DNA of 64,000 nt from Chitinophaga pinensis (lineage in GTDB: Bacteria; Bacteroidota; Bacteroidia; B-17B0; Aurantibacillaceae), in contig CAMCZO010000002.1 of assembly GCA_945887955.1 (NCBI GenBank), forward strand, positions 16,941 through 80,940, read 5' to 3'. Below are positions 58,147 to 64,000 of this stretch, in pieces. The position numbers were made by a program, and so were the translations under genes. The notes beneath the pieces were generated by a model that worked only from the letters and a program-made list of their open reading frames with translations, was not told where the DNA came from and did no database searches. The number at the start of each line of letters is the position of its first letter. Position 1 is the stretch's first letter.

Positions 58147-58503
58147 TTAATTAGTTGGTTTAGGAGCAGATTCAGGCGGAGCAGATGGAACATTTGACTG
58201 AACAGGAGATTGTTGAGGAATATTAACTGCACTCTGAGCTTTTCTTTTAGCAATAGAGCCACTTTCATCATCCGAAGACCCAGAAGTCATACTCGATTTT
58301 GGAGCCATGATAACACTTAATAAAATTAATGCAATTGCTAAACCCCAAGTTGCTTTTTCGATAAATTCAGTGCCACGCTTAACACCCATTATTTGAGTGG
58401 CAGCCCCAAATTGACTTTGAATACCACCACCTTTAGAGTTTTGAACTAATATTACTAAAACCAACAAAACGCAAACTATAATTGTTAAAATTGAGAAAAT
58501 CAT
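58147..58503 (-). CDS. secG: Preprotein translocase subunit SecG
   Basis: LVQNSKGGG..FGA..IMGVKR..FIEKATW. Confidence 0.95.
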   Translation of the reverse strand: MIFSILTIIVCVLLVLVILVQNSKGGGIQSQFGAATQIMGVKRGTEFIEKATWGLAIALILLSVIMAPKSSMTSGSSDDESGSIAKRKAQSAVNIPQQSPVQSNVPSAPPESAPKPTN

Positions 58504-58518
58504 TTTATTTTATTTTTA

Positions 58519-59466
58519 TTAATTATTTTTTAATTTTTGAATTAAGGATGCAAAGTAAGCACTTTTTTGTGGAAATTTCAAACTTAATATCTCATAAGCC
58601 CTAACTGCCTTATTTACACTGCCTTGCAATGCGTATATTTTGGCTAAAGTTTCGCTAACCAGATGTTCGTTTTCTAATAAACTCTCTTTGGCATTATGTT
58701 CTGGCGAATAAAACTTTTGGTCATCTTTAATCTTAATTTGCCCTGGACTGTTCTCAATAATTTTGTCAATTAATGCTAAATTTTTAAGTTTTTTATTTAA
58801 AGCCGATTCTTGAGTAATTATTTTACCCTTTTCTAATCTAGTATTTATATCGGTATTATTTTCAATATTTGTATCCAATATATTTTCACCAGATAATTGT
58901 TTGTTCGATTTTTGTATTAATCTAAGCCAATCTGTAAAATTTTCTGGCTCTTTATTTTGTTTAAATAATAATTGTGTGTCCGACAAATTAAACATCTGTT
59001 TCTCTACAATTGCACTAACAACCTGTTTAGCAATTTCGTTTTCGAGAACTTCTTCAGCATTTAGTTTAGACTTTTGTTGAATTTCTGTTTCAGAAATTTC
59101 AGAATCACTATTTTCTATTAATAATTCGGTTGCTTTTAAGATATTTAATTCTTTAGTTGAGTCTATAGGTTCTAAAACTTCTTCTACAACTAATTTTTGA
59201 TGATCAGAATCTTCAATAACAGTATTTGATATTTCAAACTGTTGAATTAGATTGAATAAATGTGATCTATTAGTTACAACAATAGCTGTTTTTTTTAAAC
59301 TTTTTTGGTACACCGAAGCATCCCATTTTTTTGAAGCCAAACTTAATAAAAGATGAGCTGATTGAAAATAAGGAAAATCGTTAACTAGCTTTTGCAACTC
59401 TTTAACACTCTCCTTTTCTAATGAATTAGGGTTTTTAATGTAATTTATAAATTCGTTAGCTTGCAT
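58519..59466 (-). CDS. Conserved Bacteroidota hypothetical protein with TPR-like C-terminal helices
   Basis: FPYFQSAHLL near the N-terminus; LVSETLAKIYALQG..KAVRAYEILSLKFPQKSAYFA at the C-terminus; sits between lptE and secG. Confidence 0.8.
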   Translation of the reverse strand: MQANEFINYIKNPNSLEKESVKELQKLVNDFPYFQSAHLLLSLASKKWDASVYQKSLKKTAIVVTNRSHLFNLIQQFEISNTVIEDSDHQKLVVEEVLEPIDSTKELNILKATELLIENSDSEISETEIQQKSKLNAEEVLENEIAKQVVSAIVEKQMFNLSDTQLLFKQNKEPENFTDWLRLIQKSNKQLSGENILDTNIENNTDINTRLEKGKIITQESALNKKLKNLALIDKIIENSPGQIKIKDDQKFYSPEHNAKESLLENEHLVSETLAKIYALQGSVNKAVRAYEILSLKFPQKSAYFASLIQKLKNN

Positions 59467-59468
59467 AA

Positions 59469-59993
59469 TCACCAATTATTAAACGCTCGATTAAAAATAT
59501 CTTCTGTAAGTTGTCTGTATATTTCAGTCACCAATTCTGGTTCTTTAATTGAAACATTTTCTGAACTTTTAAAATCAGCAAAACGAGTAAATGCTTGTTC
59601 GAAATTTTTAGTCTGATCAAATTTATTACTATATTTTACATTTACACTAATCGTCATTCTATTTTGACCTGCAACATCTGTACTTAAAATTGCAATTGGC
59701 ATAACATTATAATCTGAAATATACCCTTCAAATTGTAAATCGCCATTTTGTTTTAACAAAGCTAAATTAGTTTGTTGCGAAACCACATCGCGTAATTTTT
59801 CAGAAAAACGCTGCGACAAACTTGGAGCGCCTAAACTAGTATTATTAACGAAAAAACCAACACTTATAGTTTTTGCTTCTATTGGAATAGTAGCTCCGCT
59901 AAGAGATAAATGAGGTTTACACGAAGTACTAATTAACAACAAAAAAATAAAACTATAATTTAAAATCTTATATATAAACTTTTTATTATCCAT
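59469..59993 (-). CDS. lptE: LptE-family lipoprotein
   Basis: Lipobox ISTS-C; SLSGATIP..KTISV..FVNN, GDLQFEGYISDY, IFNRAFNNW. Confidence 0.8.
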   Translation of the reverse strand: MDNKKFIYKILNYSFIFLLLISTSCKPHLSLSGATIPIEAKTISVGFFVNNTSLGAPSLSQRFSEKLRDVVSQQTNLALLKQNGDLQFEGYISDYNVMPIAILSTDVAGQNRMTISVNVKYSNKFDQTKNFEQAFTRFADFKSSENVSIKEPELVTEIYRQLTEDIFNRAFNNW

Positions 59994-59995
59994 TA

Positions 59996-61249
59996 TTATT
60001 CTTCAATTGAATATTCATTTATTTTACGATATAAAGTTCTTTCACTAATACCAAGTTCTTTGGAGGCATTTTTTCTTTTTCCTTTATATTTTCTTAAAGC
60101 TTTTTTTATCATATCAATTTCTTTTTCTTGAAGCGATAAAGTTTCTTCTACTTCTATAACTTGAGAAGAAGATGAGGAAGTATTATTTTGAATAGCCGGC
60201 GAATGTATTTTTAAACCTGAATTATTTTGATTTAACTCTTCATTATCTGAATTATAAATTCTATTAATTACCTGCAAACCCTCATTATTTATATTATTTG
60301 TTCGGCCTGATTTAGCTGCAACTAAATCATAAACTATTTTTTTTAAGTCGTTTATTTCAGCTCGATTGTCTCGTAATACTTTAAAAATAATTTCCCTATC
60401 ATTATTATCAAAACTCTGGCCAGAATTAAAATTATCATTTTTATGAAGCGATGGAACGTTATTAGAATTGTATTGAGGTAAATATTTTAATAAAGTATCC
60501 GCATTTACTTCTTTATTTTTTTCGAGAATAGATATTTGTTCTGCTATATTTTTTAACTGCCGAACATTGCCTGGCCAATAATAATTAATTAAAATCTGCT
60601 CGGCATCAGCCGAAAGTCTTAAAACAGGCATACGATATTTAGCAGAAAAATCGTTTACAAATTTTCTAAATAATAAATGAATGTCTTCTTTACGATCTCT
60701 GAGAGGAGGTAAAAAAATGGGCACTGTATTTAATCGGTAATATAAATCAGGTCTAAATTTTTCTTTTTCAAGCGCTTGATAAAAATTTATATTTGTGGCC
60801 GCTACAACTCTAACGTCAGTTTTTAAAACTTTACTGCTTCCAACTTTAATAAAATCGCCAGTTTCTAAAACTCTCAATAATCTGGCTTGAGTGGCCAATG
60901 GTAACTCCCCCACTTCATCCAAAAAAATTGTTCCGCCATTTGCGACTTCAAAATAACCTTTACGTGCTTCGGTGGCTCCTGTAAACGAACCTTTTTCATG
61001 CCCAAACAATTCACTATCTATAGTTCCTTCGGGAATAGCGCCACAATTTACTGCAATATATGGCCCATGTTTTCGAGCACTGTTTTGATGAATAATTTGA
61101 GGAAATACTTCTTTACCTGTTCCACTTTCTCCATTTATTACTACATTCAAATCAGTTGGTGCCACTTGCCTCGATATATCCACAGCTCTTTCTAAAAGAG
61201 GATTGTTTCCTATAATTCCAAATTTTTGTTTTAATTCTTGTATATTCAT
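59996..61249 (-). CDS. Sigma-54-interacting AAA+ transcriptional regulator with Fis HTH, no sensory domain
   Basis: GESGTGKE, SELFGHEKGSFTGA, FLDEVGE, DLYYRL, WPGNVRQL, LGISERTLYRK. ATG 61249 preferred. Confidence 0.92.
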   Translation of the reverse strand: MNIQELKQKFGIIGNNPLLERAVDISRQVAPTDLNVVINGESGTGKEVFPQIIHQNSARKHGPYIAVNCGAIPEGTIDSELFGHEKGSFTGATEARKGYFEVANGGTIFLDEVGELPLATQARLLRVLETGDFIKVGSSKVLKTDVRVVAATNINFYQALEKEKFRPDLYYRLNTVPIFLPPLRDRKEDIHLLFRKFVNDFSAKYRMPVLRLSADAEQILINYYWPGNVRQLKNIAEQISILEKNKEVNADTLLKYLPQYNSNNVPSLHKNDNFNSGQSFDNNDREIIFKVLRDNRAEINDLKKIVYDLVAAKSGRTNNINNEGLQVINRIYNSDNEELNQNNSGLKIHSPAIQNNTSSSSSQVIEVEETLSLQEKEIDMIKKALRKYKGKRKNASKELGISERTLYRKINEYSIEE

Positions 61250-61289
61250 TATTTTAAAAAAAATTTTCTTTTCTATATAACTTCTCTTT

Positions 61290-62720
61290 TTATACCGGCT
61301 CGCCAATTAATGTGCTTGTGGTACATCTTGTTGCCAAAATATTTACGTAATCTCCTTTTTTATAATTTTGTTTAGGGAAAACAACAACCGTATTTTGTGA
61401 GTTTCTCCCCATCAACATTTCATTAGATTTTTTTGAAAAACCTTCCACTAAAACTTCATGAACTTGACCAATCCCTAACAATGTTTTTATGCCACTATTT
61501 AAACGTTGTAATTCGATAATTTCGGCTAATCTTCTTTTTTTAACGGCTTCAGCAACATCATCCTTATATTTTCTTTCGGCTAATGTTTTGGGTCTTTCGC
61601 TGTATGAAAACATATAAGCATAATCATATTTTATCTCTTTCATTAAACTGATTGTTTGCTGATGGTCTTCTTCTGTTTCAGAACAAAAACCGGTAATAAT
61701 ATCTGTACTTATACCACAATTTGGGATAATTCGTTTAATAGCCGCCATTCTATCTAAATACCATTCTCGAGTATATCCTCTATTCATCATCTCTAAAATT
61801 CTACTGCTCCCACTCTGAACAGGCAAATGAATATAATTACAAATATTAGTATGTTTTGCAACCATATGCAATACATCATCGGTCATATCTTTTGGATGTG
61901 ACGTAGAAAAACGAACCCTTAATTGAGGACTTATTAAAGCAACTTTTTCTAATAGTTGTGCGAAATTTGTAGCTGCAGCTTGTTGCTCGCTACTTAAATT
62001 TTCTTTCTTTAAACCACCTCCACTCCATAAATAACTGTCAACATTTTGGCCAAGTAAGGTTACTTCTTTATAGCCATTGTCAAAAACATCTTTTGCTTCA
62101 GCAATAATACTATCTGGGTCTCTGCTTCGCTCACGGCCTCTGGTAAAAGGCACCACACAAAAGCTACACATGTTATCACACCCACGCATAATACTAATAA
62201 AAGCACTTACTCCATTACTACCCAATCTTAAGGGGGTTAAATCAGCATAAGTTTCTTCTTTACTTAAAATAACATTTATCGCTTTATGCCCATCTTCGGC
62301 TTCTTCTATCAAATTTGGTAAATCTCTGTATGAATCTGGTCCAACAACAATATCAACCAATTTTTCTTGTTCTAAAAATTGAGATTTTAACCGCTCGGCC
62401 ATACAACCTAAAACACCAACTAATAATTTAGGATTTTTTTTCTTAACCCTTTTAAAATCATTTAAACGATTTCTTACTCGTAATTCTGCATTTTCACGAA
62501 TGGCGCATGTATTTATAAATATAAGGTCTGCTTCTTCAAAATTTTGAGTCATGCTAAATCCTTTTTCTGTTAAAATAGAAGCCACTATTTCACTGTCGCT
62601 AAAATTCATTTGACAGCCATAACTCTCTAAAAATAGTTTTTTTCCTGCCGTATTTTTTGTTTCAAATTTTAAAACTTGACCTTGAATACTTTCGTCTATT
62701 ATTTTATTGTCCATTTCCAT
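61290..62720 (-). CDS. miaB: tRNA-2-methylthio-N6-dimethylallyladenosine synthase
   Basis: [33 protein letters not shown] radical-SAM motif, C-terminal TRAM domain. Confidence 0.97.
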   Translation of the reverse strand: MEMDNKIIDESIQGQVLKFETKNTAGKKLFLESYGCQMNFSDSEIVASILTEKGFSMTQNFEEADLIFINTCAIRENAELRVRNRLNDFKRVKKKNPKLLVGVLGCMAERLKSQFLEQEKLVDIVVGPDSYRDLPNLIEEAEDGHKAINVILSKEETYADLTPLRLGSNGVSAFISIMRGCDNMCSFCVVPFTRGRERSRDPDSIIAEAKDVFDNGYKEVTLLGQNVDSYLWSGGGLKKENLSSEQQAAATNFAQLLEKVALISPQLRVRFSTSHPKDMTDDVLHMVAKHTNICNYIHLPVQSGSSRILEMMNRGYTREWYLDRMAAIKRIIPNCGISTDIITGFCSETEEDHQQTISLMKEIKYDYAYMFSYSERPKTLAERKYKDDVAEAVKKRRLAEIIELQRLNSGIKTLLGIGQVHEVLVEGFSKKSNEMLMGRNSQNTVVVFPKQNYKKGDYVNILATRCTTSTLIGEPV

Positions 62721-62730
62721 TTAATTGATA

Positions 62731-62738
62731 CAAATTTA
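62731..62738 (-). promoter_or_regulatory. -7 element TAAATTTG for the miaB operon
   Basis: Minus strand TTCG-TAAATTTG 10 nt upstream of the ATG. Confidence 0.6.
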
Positions 62739-62909
62739 CGAATTTTGTGCCAATTTGACATATTTTTAACATTTTAAAGGCTAATAACATTCGATTGTTA
62801 TAGAATTTATTAAATTTTTAAGTAATTGTGTGATAATTTTTTTTTCTTTGCGCAATTAAAAAGTTTAAAAGAATAAAGTTTCATAAATTAAATTGATCTA
62901 AAATTAGAA

Positions 62910-64000
62910 ATGAGTAAAAATTTAGTAATTGTTGAGTCCCCTGCTAAAGCAAAAACCATTGAAGGATTTTTGGGGAAAGATTTTACCGTTAAATCTAGTT
63001 TTGGACACATTAGAGATTTAGTAAAAAAAGGTTTTGGTATTGATATTGAAAATAACTTTAAACCTACCTACGAAGTTCAGCCTGAAAAAGAAAAAGTAAT
63101 TGCTGAATTAAAAAAGCTATCTAAATCGGCAGATATGGTTTGGTTGGCTTCAGATGAGGACCGCGAGGGAGAAGCAATTAGTTGGCATTTATACGAAACT
63201 TTGGGTTTAACAAAAAAAAATACTAAAAGAATTGTTTTTCATGAAATTACCAAGCCAGCAATTTTAAAAGCCATTGAAAATCCAAGAGAAATTGATATTA
63301 ATTTAGTAAACGCCCAACAAGCTCGCCGAGTTTTAGACAGATTAGTTGGATTTGAATTATCTCCAATATTATGGAAAAAAATTAGACCAAGTTTATCGGC
63401 CGGAAGGGTTCAATCGGTTGCAGTAAGATTAATTGTAGAACGCGAACGTGAGATTCAAAAATTTATTTCTACCTCTGCTTTTAAAATTTCAGCCTTATTC
63501 GAAATAGGTAATGGTATCTTAAAAGCAGAATTAGATAAACGGTATTCATTAGAGGCCGAAGCCCTAGCTTTTCTCGAAATATGCAAATTAGCTACTTTCA
63601 AGATCGAAAGTTTAGAAACTAAACCTGCAAAACGTTATCCTGCACCGCCATTTACAACATCAACTTTACAACAAGAAGCTGCCCGTAAATTAGGTTTTTC
63701 GGTTGCACAAACCATGCAAGTAGCTCAAAGATTATACGAAGCTGGAAAGATAACTTATATGAGAACCGACTCAGTTAATTTATCCGAAACAGCGATGGAT
63801 CAGGCTAAAAAAGCCATAAACCAAAATTACGGTGCTAATTATTTTTCTCCACGAAAATATAAAAATAAAAGTAAGGGGGCTCAAGAAGCCCATGAAGCTA
63901 TTCGACCTTCTTATATTGATCGCTCGGTAATTGAAGGCGAAAGAAACGAACAACGTTTATATGACTTGATCTGGAAACGGACTATCGCTTCGCAAATGAG
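62910..64000 (+). CDS. topA: DNA topoisomerase I, 3' end outside window
   Basis: Manual translation: MSKNLVIVESPAKAKTI, SSFGHIRDL, ASDEDREGEAI, SAGRVQS, ITYMRTDS, AQEAHEAIRP. Absent from the ORF track. Confidence 0.97.
   Translation, partial: MSKNLVIVESPAKAKTIEGFLGKDFTVKSSFGHIRDLVKKGFGIDIENNFKPTYEVQPEKEKVIAELKKLSKSADMVWLASDEDREGEAISWHLYETLGLTKKNTKRIVFHEITKPAILKAIENPREIDINLVNAQQARRVLDRLVGFELSPILWKKIRPSLSAGRVQSVAVRLIVEREREIQKFISTSAFKISALFEIGNGILKAELDKRYSLEAEALAFLEICKLATFKIESLETKPAKRYPAPPFTTSTLQQEAARKLGFSVAQTMQVAQRLYEAGKITYMRTDSVNLSETAMDQAKKAINQNYGANYFSPRKYKNKSKGAQEAHEAIRPSYIDRSVIEGERNEQRLYDLIWKRTIASQM

Noticed and set aside
6446-61195. Remaining short (60-82 aa) ORFs nested in or antisense to long genes
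   Set aside because: No independent promoter, motif or signal evidence; expected by chance.
5997-61306. Upstream starts in the ORF track (e.g. 5997, 11602, 14347, 14385, 17113, 19635, 36144, 37275, 52642, 61306)
   Set aside because: Downstream ATGs fit family N-termini better, and several extensions overlap -7 promoter boxes or neighbouring genes.
6561-64000. Apparent enrichment of DNA repair genes (uvrA, recD-like, recQ, radC, rarA, topA) and tRNA-processing genes (rnz, rnpB, miaB)
   Set aside because: They are scattered among unrelated housekeeping genes in separate transcription units; no shared motif found, so coincidence is sufficient.
1-64000. CRISPR arrays, tRNA/rRNA genes, IS elements, prophage, stop-codon recoding, frameshifted pseudogenes
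   Set aside because: No spaced direct repeats, T-loop/cloverleaf signatures, transposase or phage motifs seen; recognised genes are intact under the standard code.

Overview
A very AT-rich chromosomal window from a Bacteroidota bacterium, probably a free-living gliding lineage (gldC, gldF, gldG, type IX secretion (T9SS) cargo, TAnnTTTG -7 promoters, A-rich leaders without obvious Shine-Dalgarno sites). It is dense core genome: about 55 CDS and the RNase P RNA. I found no rRNA, tRNA, CRISPR array, IS element or prophage. Two genes are missing from the ORF track because they run off the edges: a secreted BNR-repeat protein (1..971, minus) and topA (62910..64000). The most unusual signals are (1) an RNase P RNA that appears to lack helix P18 but carries an extra GAAA-capped hairpin; (2) a T9SS-secreted PNGase F-like enzyme whose catalytic N-domain is split by a roughly 520-aa insert containing a LamG module; (3) a TonB-dependent receptor whose 134-codon N-terminal extension has no ATG/GTG/TTG and probably starts at CTG; (4) a dispersed Wbp-type diacetamido-uronic acid pathway back-to-back with a YfhO-family membrane protein; (5) a 313-bp gap with short hairpins between convergent genes, where most other convergent pairs leave 20 bp or less. 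All calls come from reading motifs by eye; no database searches were run.
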